A stretch of DNA of 24,068 nucleotides from Thermodesulfobacteriota bacterium. Lineage in GTDB: Bacteria > Desulfobacterota > Desulfobacteria > Desulfobacterales > C00003060. The stretch covers positions 1-24,068 of the forward strand of contig JAXHVD010000036.1 in assembly GCA_034189385.1 (NCBI GenBank). The letters are read 5' to 3'. Of this stretch, positions 1-7,415 are shown piece by piece. The notes below the pieces were generated by a model, which was given only the letters and a program-made list of their open reading frames with translations, ran no database searches and was not told the DNA's origin. How positions within the stretch are numbered: the stretch's first letter is position 1; each line of letters begins with the position of its first letter. A program made the translations under genes and the position numbers.

Positions 1-128
1 TGCTGCCTGCTGGGGAACTCCGGTCGCCCTATGGGCTCCCTACGTTCCCCAGCCGAGCTCATCATACCATGTAGTGTAATTCATTCCCACTTTTGGGACA
101 CAAACTCGGAAACGGGGGGCCATCCTCA
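1..128. mobile_element. Probable terminal end of an insertion sequence (possibly IS3/IS481-like), cut by the window edge
   Basis: Ends ...CTCGGAAACGGGGGGCCATCCTCA (5'-TG on the other strand). It contains a hairpin CTGGGGAAC...GTTCCCCAG (10-52), and the sequence switches to AT-rich DNA after 128. No transposase is in the window. Confidence 0.4.
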
Positions 129-706
129 ATGGCTTTGCAAAGGCCTTTTATTTGGAGATTTAAATATTCTTCAACTTTTAATATGCAGAATTCTATCTTT
201 TCTAACTTAATCCATGTAGGCATAAGAATCCTGGTTGTTTGCCCACTTGGATTTAATTCTACCTTGCCTCGGCTTGGGGAATGAGGAAGGCAGAACAACT
301 GATGTCTATTAGCCTCAATTCTATGGTGAGCATAAAAACTATGCCTTAATTCCATCGTGTATTCATGCTTATCTATATCTTTTCCAAAAATATTTTCGAC
401 CTGAGCGTTAAGTCTTGTTCTACCAGTTCCTTCAGTAAATGCTTTTGCATATAAAACGACAATATAAGAGAGTATCGACTCAGAAATAGTCCACGGGAAA
501 CAATTAAACAAAGAAATAATTTCTTCGTGGTTTTCATTTTTCAGGCTATTTCGTAATGCAGTTAATGCGACTTTGGTATCTCTAATGTCATGTTCTATTT
601 CTATAAGGGATTCAACTTGTTTAATTTTCTTCAATAATGGTTTGTCGCTCCTAAATTCAGGATGATCTACTGGTATAGGGACACCGACACAATCAATAGT
701 CACCAT
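62..706 (-). CDS. Cassette-borne HEPN-like protein (putative RNase/defence), probably 3'-truncated at about 128
   Basis: AT-rich ORF starting just after the attC at 726-815. It carries an R-x5-H motif (RHSFYAH). The last ~20 aa are read from the putative IS end. Confidence 0.5.
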   Translation of the reverse strand: MVTIDCVGVPIPVDHPEFRSDKPLLKKIKQVESLIEIEHDIRDTKVALTALRNSLKNENHEEIISLFNCFPWTISESILSYIVVLYAKAFTEGTGRTRLNAQVENIFGKDIDKHEYTMELRHSFYAHHRIEANRHQLFCLPHSPSRGKVELNPSGQTTRILMPTWIKLEKIEFCILKVEEYLNLQIKGLCKAIEDGPPFPSLCPKSGNELHYMV

Positions 707-725
707 TTCTACTGTCTTCCATTTT

Positions 726-815
726 TAACAACGTCGCAAATCACCGGGCCGCGACGAATGATTGTCCATTTGAAAACGCCCGGCTTCGCGGCTGCGGTGG
801 ATTGCATTGTTATTT
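726..815 (-). mobile_element. attC site
   Basis: Minus strand: R'' AAATAAC (contains the TAA stop of the 810-1997 ORF), stems ATCCACCG/CGGTGAT and GCCGCGA/TCGCGGC, and R' GTT at 732. Confidence 0.8.
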
Positions 816-1997
816 GCCGTCCGGTTCTTTGAGCAAGTCGCGTATAACCTTTTCGGATTCGGATAATAACGACTGGCTATTCGTGAATTCGATCAACAGC
901 CTGTCAATGGCGTCTACAGCACCTCGTTTGGCCTTGTTTAAAGTAGTGGTCATTCGTGGAAGTGAAGCTATTGACTCACGGAATTCAGCGGTAGATTGCT
1001 TTGATGTCGCGAGCGTACTCCGCAGTGTTATTACGGCATCCAAACCCTCTTGTACATCTCCCGCTTTATTTTCCAAATCTACAGTCATAGTTGCGGCCTT
1101 AATAAATGAATTCATCCCAGTATTCATGGCGTCATTGTACAAAGGCAATTCCGCATCAATTCGCGCCGTGAATTGGTTCATATCTGAAGCAGCCTTAGAT
1201 ATGACACGTTTGGCTTCTTTGGGATTTGCGTTGCCTTTTGAATCTCGGGGAAGGGCGTTCATCTCAGCTGTTCTTGCATTAGTTTTCGCACCGAGGTCTT
1301 CGGTCGCAGTGGCAATTCGTTGTGTTATTTCGAGGAGTTCAGCAAATTTGTCCTGAAAAACCTCCATTAGGTCCAAGATGCCATCATCGTCATATTCGTC
1401 AGTTGCATTTTCGGACTCGTTTTGAGCGGTGTCGTTCTCTTCAGTTGCTGCAACCGATGTTGGCCGCGATTTCCAAGCTTGCACCTGTCGAGTCAAGTGA
1501 AGGCGAATTAGTTTTTCAAAATGGCCGATGTCGGTAAATTTCCAATACAGTCCGCCTTCGTCGCCTAGTGAGTCGCGGAATGCGTTCACGTTCGCAAGCT
1601 CAGCTGGGTCCAACTGGCTTGGAGGAATAGGTTCATCTTTGAAGTAAACCATCAACTGAACGGAGTTGTTGTCAGCGTCATAGCGAGCTTTGGCGCGTTC
1701 AAATTCTTCGACGGTGCCAGATCCCGCCCGTCCAGTTGGTGTTCCATATCGGCACCACATGATTCCAACAAAGAAATCGTAGTCTTCGGGAATCTGGTCA
1801 TTGATTACATCTTGAGCGTCCGCGCCAAATCCGGGATACGCGTGAGTCTCCCATTTCACAAGATCAAGGCGCACGCCAAGTTCGCGGCTCCATGTATTGT
1901 TCAATTCGCGGATTACGTCCTCAAGTTTTCCGCGTTCGGCCTCTACGTCGCCTGGTGAAGCCACGAACACCGTCAATACATGCTCTTGTCGCGCCAC
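810..1997 (-). CDS. DUF4062-domain protein with long C-terminal helical/coiled-coil region (gene cassette)
   Basis: N-terminal VFVASPGDVEAER...FFVGIMWCRYGTP...SGTVEEF is typical of DUF4062. AGGAGG RBS precedes the GTG start. Bounded by GTTATGTGCC and GGCAAATAAC, which are 9/10 complementary. Confidence 0.75.
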   Translation of the reverse strand: MARQEHVLTVFVASPGDVEAERGKLEDVIRELNNTWSRELGVRLDLVKWETHAYPGFGADAQDVINDQIPEDYDFFVGIMWCRYGTPTGRAGSGTVEEFERAKARYDADNNSVQLMVYFKDEPIPPSQLDPAELANVNAFRDSLGDEGGLYWKFTDIGHFEKLIRLHLTRQVQAWKSRPTSVAATEENDTAQNESENATDEYDDDGILDLMEVFQDKFAELLEITQRIATATEDLGAKTNARTAEMNALPRDSKGNANPKEAKRVISKAASDMNQFTARIDAELPLYNDAMNTGMNSFIKAATMTVDLENKAGDVQEGLDAVITLRSTLATSKQSTAEFRESIASLPRMTTTLNKAKRGAVDAIDRLLIEFTNSQSLLSESEKVIRDLLKEPDGK

Positions 1998-2018
1998 AAA
2001 GGCCTCCTCTCGTTAGGC

Positions 2019-2086
2019 ACATAACATGCGGGGGAACGAGTGTGCGGGCGTATTATCCGCACATCCGGTTCAACCAGATGTTGGGC
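2019..2086 (-). mobile_element. attC site
   Basis: Minus strand: R'' GCCCAAC, central stem TGTGCGG/CCGCACA, R' GTTATGT; 68 bp, directly after the stop of 2096-2950. Confidence 0.75.
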
Positions 2087-2095
2087 CGTTCAAGG

Positions 2096-2950
2096 CTATT
2101 GCGCCCATTCAGGTGCTGATGCACGACCTCCAGAATAGAATTCCTTAGCCGCACAGACATCGGCAAAATCCTCCCCCCACTGAGTGATTCGACAGGCCTT
2201 AAAATCGAACATACGATGTACTTCCTGATACCACTCATCGCCTGGCGACCCTCCTTTTTTCGAATGCCAATGTTGAATAGCAAATCTGCGCCAAAGATCA
2301 AAAATCCGGGACACTGGGGGCAAATGGATCGCCTCACGTTCCCATTCGGCATGGTATGGAACAGTGAAGTCAATGAGACCCAGATGCTTCAGGCTTGCCA
2401 AAAACTCCCAGTAGTTGCTGTTATTCACGTTGGCGAGATCGACTTCATCGAAGAAGTGATACGACCACGTGCCGTATCGAATCCACTTGCGCTGAAGATT
2501 CGAGGCATTGATAACCATAACTCGATGGTGTGCGATGGCGGAGAAAAAGCGCGCTTCGTCAGGTAGGATCTGTTGGAGTGCCGTTACGAATGAAGGGTGC
2601 ACGCGACTTGTGCTTTCTTGGTCCATTGCAGATGCCAGAAGGGCCGCAAACATGTTACGTAGCTGAGAATCGTCATCCGGACCAGCAAGTTGAAGGCCTT
2701 GGAGTATTCGACCTTCAATCAATAGGGATGGACTGACAACTCGGTCATGTGCCACCTTTCGGTGCTCAAGACACCTTTCAACTGCGCGAGACACCCAATC
2801 AAAGGCCTGATTGATAGTCCATAAGACACCATCAGCTGGTCGGAGTGCGGTATTGACGGCCTCAGCAAGAGTGCGGCCCACGCGGCGGACACCTGGCTGT
2901 GCCAAATCGTCGTATACTTTCGGAATCAGCTTTTTTAGTTCTTCTTCCAT
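2096..2950 (-). CDS. Abi-alpha / DUF4393 family protein (gene cassette)
   Basis: Motifs VYDDLAQP, LRNMFAALLASAMD and VHPSFVTALQQILPDEA are characteristic of DUF4393/Abi-alpha. Confidence 0.75.
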   Translation of the reverse strand: MEEELKKLIPKVYDDLAQPGVRRVGRTLAEAVNTALRPADGVLWTINQAFDWVSRAVERCLEHRKVAHDRVVSPSLLIEGRILQGLQLAGPDDDSQLRNMFAALLASAMDQESTSRVHPSFVTALQQILPDEARFFSAIAHHRVMVINASNLQRKWIRYGTWSYHFFDEVDLANVNNSNYWEFLASLKHLGLIDFTVPYHAEWEREAIHLPPVSRIFDLWRRFAIQHWHSKKGGSPGDEWYQEVHRMFDFKACRITQWGEDFADVCAAKEFYSGGRASAPEWAQ

Positions 2951-3201
2951 GTTACGTAGACCACATTTTAGATCCGTCTAATCGCGGCGACGCAGTCGCC
3001 GTGAACCAGCTAGTATCTAGTTTTCTTGATAAATACCACCATCAAGAAGCCCTGAGGCAGGGCATTTCAACTTTTCGCGTGTTTCCTAACCGGATAACTC
3101 CACATACTTATAGACGACAGATGGCTGACGACAGATCGCAGATGACTGGGCCATGGCGTTCAAACCTCGTGGCTATTTGTGAGATCCAAGAACCTAAAAT
3201 A

Positions 3202-3249
3202 TCTCGCCCGCTCACTCCGTTCGCTAGAGCTCTCAGAGAGCTCAGAGAT
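3202..3249. repeat. Dispersed repeat, copy A (TCTCGCCCGCTC...TCGCTAGAGCTCTCAGAGAGCTCAGAGAT)
   Basis: 29 nt (3221-3249) are identical to 4575-4603 and the 5' motif is shared. A partial third copy is at 3455-3470. Confidence 0.85.
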
Positions 3250-3256
3250 GAACTTC

Positions 3257-3292
3257 TTGACCTAATTCTTCGAGCACGAAGAATTAGGTCAA
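3257..3292. repeat. Perfect 16-bp inverted repeat
   Basis: TTGACCTAATTCTTCG-agca-CGAAGAATTAGGTCAA, followed by a small TCCGCC-gaa-GGCGGA hairpin (3300-3314). Confidence 0.9.
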
Positions 3293-3295
3293 CCC

Positions 3296-3397
3296 TCAGT
3301 CCGCCGAAGGCGGAGCACTAATAACCCTGGTGATGCCGTCTTTGAGCAAAGCCTCGTTGAAATTTATCAATGGCCAGACGCCCACAGGGATGTTGAG
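3296..3397 (-). pseudogene. C-terminal remnant of a GxxExxY protein gene
   Basis: Translates LNIPVGVWPLINFNEALLKDGITRVI, matching the GxLINFNxxxLKDGIxR C-terminal signature. The N-terminal GxxExxY part is absent. Confidence 0.65.
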
Positions 3398-3529
3398 CGG
3401 ATTACCCTTCTCAGGAAATCGGCTGAAGGCTCTGTGAGAGATAGGCCTTTGTAATCTCTCGCCCGCTCCCGACCGTCCTGGCACAGGCCGGACGAGAGAC
3501 GGGGACAGCATGAATCGGAGAACCGGAGA

Positions 3530-3643
3530 TCATTTGACGAGGCATTTGCCCGCTTCAGCGATCATCTTCACGATCTGCCCCGTTATCTGATCATAGGTTG
3601 AATCCAAACCATGATTTGTCTCATCATTCAGAAATTCACACCC
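3530..3643 (-). pseudogene. C-terminal remnant of a four-helix-bundle (23S rRNA IVP / bAvd-like) protein gene
   Basis: Not in the ORF track. The minus frame reads GCEFLNDETNHGLDSTYDQITGQIVKMIAEAGKCLVK*, resembling the CGYL...YDxIxGxLVKMI end of this family. No start codon or N-terminus. Confidence 0.55.
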
Positions 3644-3663
3644 CTTCTCGGATTCACCGGGCC

Positions 3664-4230
3664 TCAGTTCTTCCCTTTCTTACGCTTACCGTAGGACGCA
3701 CGCTTTTCCTTGACCTCAAAACCTATCTTTCTCTTGGGCTTCTCAGGCGGTGCCATGAGTTGGCGAATCGCCTCAAAAATGACCTCAATCTTCTCATCAT
3801 GATCTTTGATATGCTTCTCCAGTTCCCGGAACTTCCGTGCCAGTTGCTTATGGGTTGCCAGCACCTCTCGAAGCTTCACGAACGCCCGCACCACGAAGAT
3901 ACTTGCCTATATGGCCCTTGGCGTATTAAGGACGCTGGCAGCCATGATGGCCCCATGTTCAGTAAATGCATGTGGGAGAGACCGAGAGAACTTGAGTTTT
4001 GATAGGTGGTTGCAATTTGCAACCACCTCAGCCTTTTCCCCTGCACTGAGGCGAAACATGAAATCCGACGGGAACCGCTTAGTATTGCGCCTCACTTGCT
4101 GATTGAGTCTCTTGGTTGTGACTCCGTAAAGCTCGGCAAGGTCGGTATCCAGGATAACTTTTTGACCTCGCACCAGCAAAATGGTCCTTTCAACCTGTTC
4201 AACCGGAACTATGGCATGCTTACCTGTCAT
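3664..4230 (-). pseudogene. ORF6N-domain (KilA-N-like) DNA-binding protein, split by an in-frame TAG at 3907-3909
   Basis: RGQKVILDTDLAELYGV..KRLNQQVRRN..RFPSDFMF...AFTEHG...VLNTPRAI*ASIFVVRAFVKLRE...RKIGF; both halves are in the same frame. Confidence 0.85.
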
Positions 4231-4344
4231 GAGCCTGTCCCTCGGCAGAACTCACACTTTTCAGGTGCCAAAATGGTGACTCAACTTCTCAATCCCCTGC
4301 TTTTTCAATTCAGATATGTGCTTGGCTGATCACGTTACAGACCC

Positions 4345-4536
4345 CCAAAAAAACAAAACCCCATCTCTCTTAGCGAGAAGCGGGGTCTTTCCACTCAGTT
4401 CATGGCACCCTCTTGGCTTGAGGTTGTTGGGGAAAAAGGGAAACAAAAGCCCATACCACATCATAATGAGAGTATCAATAGCCCAAAGTGACCATTCTTC
4501 ATGCAAAAACTACCTAATTCCCGTGCAAAAACTACG
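4345..4536 (-). promoter_or_regulatory. Leader module, copy 1 (diverged): promoter, RBS, minigene, terminator
   Basis: TTGATA-17-TATGGG; AAGAGGGTGCC ATG AAC TGA (4403-4395); hairpin ACCCCGCTTCTC-gctaa-GAGAGATGGGGT plus T-tract; TGCAAAAACTAC motifs at 4502 and 4524. Confidence 0.65.
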
Positions 4537-4539
4537 GGG

Positions 4540-4603
4540 TCTCTCGCCCGCTCCCCCTTCGACTCGGCTCAGGGTCGCTAGAGCTCTCAGAGAGCTCAGA
4601 GAT
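4540..4603. repeat. Dispersed repeat, copy B, with an internal REP-like CCTTCGACTCGGCTCAGGG
   Basis: Shares the 5' motif and an identical 29-nt 3' block with 3202-3249. Confidence 0.85.
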
Positions 4604-4714
4604 TCTTCCTCATCAGAATCAAACCCTGATGAAGCCTTCGAGGCCAACGAGTCTGGGTGAGCAGCGAAGCCGATAAACCCGAAAAGATGTGCCTACTCAC
4701 GAAGACCCCTGACA

Positions 4715-5944
4715 CTAGGACGCCCCTTCAGTAAAGCTTCCGGCAAAGTGCTTTCGTACCTGTTTGTTGCCGACATGCCTGGATAGCAACTTATAGTTAT
4801 TCTGCTCGTATCGGATTCTTCCTGCAATGATCGCGGGATGAATCTTCAGCTTTGCCGCCAAGGTATACACCTCAGAACTCGTCGCCTTGCCCGCAATGGG
4901 CCTTTTATCCCAAATCCTTTTAGGAATAAGTCCATCCGTTGTCATTTCATCGGCCTCTTTCTCCATTATGTCATCGGCCTCGCCCTCTCTTCCTCGCAAG
5001 TCCAAATCATCGATAATGAGCCGGTCGGATGTCGATAGATGCTTTGAAACATGGGCGAGTTCATGGAGCAGGCAAAACCAGAAATTGTCAATTCTATCGT
5101 AGCGAAGCGTTAGGCCGATGACCGGGGTCTCATCTGACAACAACATGGCGGCTCCATCGAGGTAGGTTTTGGGGAGGTGGGGAACCACAATCAGATGAAT
5201 CCCGTGTTTCTCAAGGTATTCTCTGGCAAGCAAAGGGCCGTTGTCAAAATAGCTCAACCGCGCAACTTCCTGCAACGTACTTAATCTAATTGAGCCCTTC
5301 ATATATCTTGTTTTCAAAGGGTTCTTTCGGGCAAGGGACAGCACGCGAATGCACCACGCGGTGAGGGAATATAGGTCCATCTTAGGATTGTATCTGCCCC
5401 TTATCCCATGGCGAAAAAATCCCGTTGGGACAGACTCCAATCCACCGGCTTGTGTGACAAAATCGCGTATCAATTCCTCGGCCTTTTCCTTTATGTCGGC
5501 CCCCGCCCGAATCCAACCGCGCTTTGCCATTTCAACTACCGGGAATCTAGACCATTCCATGTCCTGCATCTCGTCCGGGAAATCCGCACCTGGCTCCTTT
5601 AGCAGCACTTCGGCAGATATACCCAAGCCTTTGTTCAGCGATCTCATCATGGCCAGGGTAAGCGACCGTTTACCATTCAGGACTTCAGACACCTTGCTTT
5701 TGGTGCCAATGAAGGGAACCATGTCTTTTTGGCTTAATCCCAGCTGCTCCATGCGAAACTTTATGGCATCAATGGGCTCAGGGGGGCTCATAGGGAAGTG
5801 GCGATCTTCATACATTTCTACAAGGGCAGTCAGCAATTCCAACTCATCCATTTCAATGCTGCCCGGTTTGGCCTCCATAAGCTGATCAATGCGCGATAGG
5901 GCCATGTCGTAATCTTCTTCATTTTTTATCAGGCGGTTAATCAT
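4715..5944 (-). CDS. higA: HigA antitoxin: HTH fused to an ImmA/IrrE-type Zn metallopeptidase domain
   Basis: ELELLTALVEMYE...PIDAIKFRMEQLGL...SKVSEVLNGKRSLTL (HTH); YLDGAA, LTLRYDRIDNFWFCLLHELAH (HExxH). Abuts the higB stop. Confidence 0.9.
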   Translation of the reverse strand: MINRLIKNEEDYDMALSRIDQLMEAKPGSIEMDELELLTALVEMYEDRHFPMSPPEPIDAIKFRMEQLGLSQKDMVPFIGTKSKVSEVLNGKRSLTLAMMRSLNKGLGISAEVLLKEPGADFPDEMQDMEWSRFPVVEMAKRGWIRAGADIKEKAEELIRDFVTQAGGLESVPTGFFRHGIRGRYNPKMDLYSLTAWCIRVLSLARKNPLKTRYMKGSIRLSTLQEVARLSYFDNGPLLAREYLEKHGIHLIVVPHLPKTYLDGAAMLLSDETPVIGLTLRYDRIDNFWFCLLHELAHVSKHLSTSDRLIIDDLDLRGREGEADDIMEKEADEMTTDGLIPKRIWDKRPIAGKATSSEVYTLAAKLKIHPAIIAGRIRYEQNNYKLLSRHVGNKQVRKHFAGSFTEGAS

Positions 5945-6244
5945 TTAGATCGCCTCCACGTCAATGCTATCATATTCTCGGTGTGTTCCAATAAAGCGAA
6001 CAAACACCGTTTTCGAATCATAGTTGATTCTGACCACCAATCGGTATTTATTGCCTGCGATATTGAAAACGACCCGATTACCCTTGAGAATGCTTGCAGA
6101 TCCGTACTGAGCCTTTACATCTGCCGGCGATGCCCACTGGGCATGTTTGGCTTCGTAGTACCATGCCTCCAAGGGGCCCTTTGAATCCCCATGCGCTGGC
6201 TGTTGAAAGAACTCGACCAGTGTCTTTCGGCTAATCACATGCAT
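5945..6244 (-). CDS. higB: Type II TA toxin, HigB family mRNA interferase
   Basis: MHVIS...LEAWY...W..PADVK..YGSAS....RVVFNIAGNKYRLVV...VRFIGTHREYD. Confidence 0.93.
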   Translation of the reverse strand: MHVISRKTLVEFFQQPAHGDSKGPLEAWYYEAKHAQWASPADVKAQYGSASILKGNRVVFNIAGNKYRLVVRINYDSKTVFVRFIGTHREYDSIDVEAI

Positions 6245-6303
6245 AGCCTAGTCAGTTCCCTAAAATATGTCAAGCACAAAGTTCCCAATTAGGGAACTTT
6301 GTG
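6245..6303 (-). promoter_or_regulatory. higBA promoter/operator
   Basis: Perfect 12-bp inverted repeat CACAAAGTTCCC-aatta-GGGAACTTTGTG (6275-6303), an extra half site at 6254-6260, and TTGACA-17-TAGGCT abutting the annotated start (possibly a leaderless mRNA with a later start). Confidence 0.6.
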
Positions 6304-6563
6304 GTTCTGCCCATGCAGTAGACAGCCTTTTCTCCCATGTAGGATGCTTCTCATTTTTCCTTTCATTGTCTCGCCCGACGACCACCAAGTTCAGCGGCGG
6401 CATTGGAACGTAGCGCATAACGTCTTTGGGGCCCTTGGGAAGGTCCATGGTTTTATGTATTAGTCACTGCAATTCAACCACTTTTGCCCGTACCACACGG
6501 GAATCGAAGGGGCGGTTTATGGCACGCCCTTCATTTTTCCACATTCGCTTAAGCCCGCAGCCG

Positions 6564-6762
6564 CAAAAAGAGAAAACCCCGTTCTCTTTGGGAGAAACGG
6601 GGCTTTAGCATTTAGTGCATGGCACCCTCTTTGTTTCAGGTTGACGGGTCAGACGCGGACCTTACGGTATCTACCACCAGGAGGTTTTTTTGTCAAGGAT
6701 TCTAATGGGTAACAAATGGTAGAACGGCCTAATCCGGGTGCAAAAAGTACGATATTTGAAGC
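6564..6762 (-). promoter_or_regulatory. Leader module, copy 2: promoter, RBS, minigene, terminator
   Basis: TTGACA-17-TAGATA with a TG extension; AAGAGGGTGCC ATG CAC TAA (6620-6612); hairpin GCCCCGTTTCTC-ccaaa-GAGAACGGGGT plus T-tract. Highly similar to 11592-11790. Confidence 0.75.
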
Positions 6763-6990
6763 AGTGACAAGTGACGAGTGACGAGTGACCAGAGGGGAGA
6801 GCACCGACGACAGACGACAGAGGACGGAGGACAGACTGAAGAGAACAGAGGACCGATCTCGGGAAAGGAAGGGCCGGCGAAACGGGGACGAGGGACGAAA
6901 ACAGAAAGACGACGGAAGACGGAAATGAGACCAAATAAGAGGGGCGAAACGGAGAGCCGGAGAAGGGGGGAAAGGACGAGAGCTTCAGCA
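6763..6990. repeat. Heptamer tandem repeats and purine-rich low-complexity tract
   Basis: AGTGACA AGTGACG AGTGACG AGTGACC (6763-6790), CCGACGA CAGACGA CAGAGGA CGGAGGA (from 6804), then a nearly T-free + strand. Confidence 0.8.
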
Positions 6991-7095
6991 GAAACGATTC
7001 AGGGTATCCTTCAACGTTTCGGAACACACCCGCAGCAGCCGGATTATGAAGACTGCAAGGGGGCTTGGTAACAGCCTGTCTACATGTAACCCTTG

Positions 7096-7341
7096 TTACC
7101 CAGCCTCCACCTCACCGCGCCTTAAGGCCCCACGGTGTCTTCGCTCAAAATAGACCCCTGTCTTTGGGTCCAAAACCGCCTCGTTTTCGTGGATGTACTT
7201 GAGTCCCTCCCACTTTCCGCAGGCCATGACAACAGCGTCTCCAAGGCTGAACTTCTTGCCGCAGGCAAGGCATCCCTCAGCATTGAACCTGTTCACTCTC
7301 TCAAGATCCATGATGGTCCTGTGTTGATGTCTGGTTTTCAT
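7096..7341 (-). CDS. Small hypothetical protein with CxxC (possible Zn-binding)
   Basis: 81 aa, GCLACGKKF...ACG...IHE. AGGGGG RBS and a good upstream promoter. Confidence 0.7.
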   Translation of the reverse strand: MKTRHQHRTIMDLERVNRFNAEGCLACGKKFSLGDAVVMACGKWEGLKYIHENEAVLDPKTGVYFERRHRGALRRGEVEAG

Positions 7342-7386
7342 AAAAACACCCCCTTTTCTAGCCCAAGAAGTCTAGTACTATACTAT

Positions 7387-7415
7387 ACTATAAGGTGCGC
7401 CACCCATTTTGTCAA
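7387..7415 (-). promoter_or_regulatory. Sigma70-type promoter for the 7096-7341 gene
   Basis: TTGACA-17 bp-TATAGT on the minus strand. Confidence 0.6.

Noticed and set aside
2975..3110. Additional attC/attI upstream of the Abi-alpha cassette (CGGCGAC/GTCGCCG hairpin; GTTAGGA at about 3090)
   Set aside because: R'' and R' are both non-canonical and cannot be paired convincingly; possibly a decayed site.
3907..3909. Genome-wide TAG recoding
   Set aside because: TAG serves as the normal stop of higA, vapC (9910) and sufB in this window.
4345..4430. Leader modules as c-di-GMP-I or another known riboswitch
   Set aside because: I could not find the GCAAA/GNRA-receptor core or other conserved aptamer motifs I know. 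An Rfam scan is still needed.
4642..6400. higBA as an integron cassette (half-attC-like stretches at about 4642-4706 and 6373-6400)
   Set aside because: Only partial arms and no complementary core sites.
6620..6635. Sigma54-like TGGCAC-N5-TTG on the + strand of the leader modules
   Set aside because: The -12 GC is present only in copy 1 and lost in copies 2 and 3. The same bases are the reverse complement of the RBS and ATG, and the wobble pairs and T-tract point to a minus-strand transcript. Not fully excluded.
6763..6840. CRISPR array
   Set aside because: 7-nt units without unique spacers, and no cas genes.
6671..7071. ORFs 6671-7027 (-) and 6778-7071 (+)
   Set aside because: Low-complexity translations of the repeat tract.
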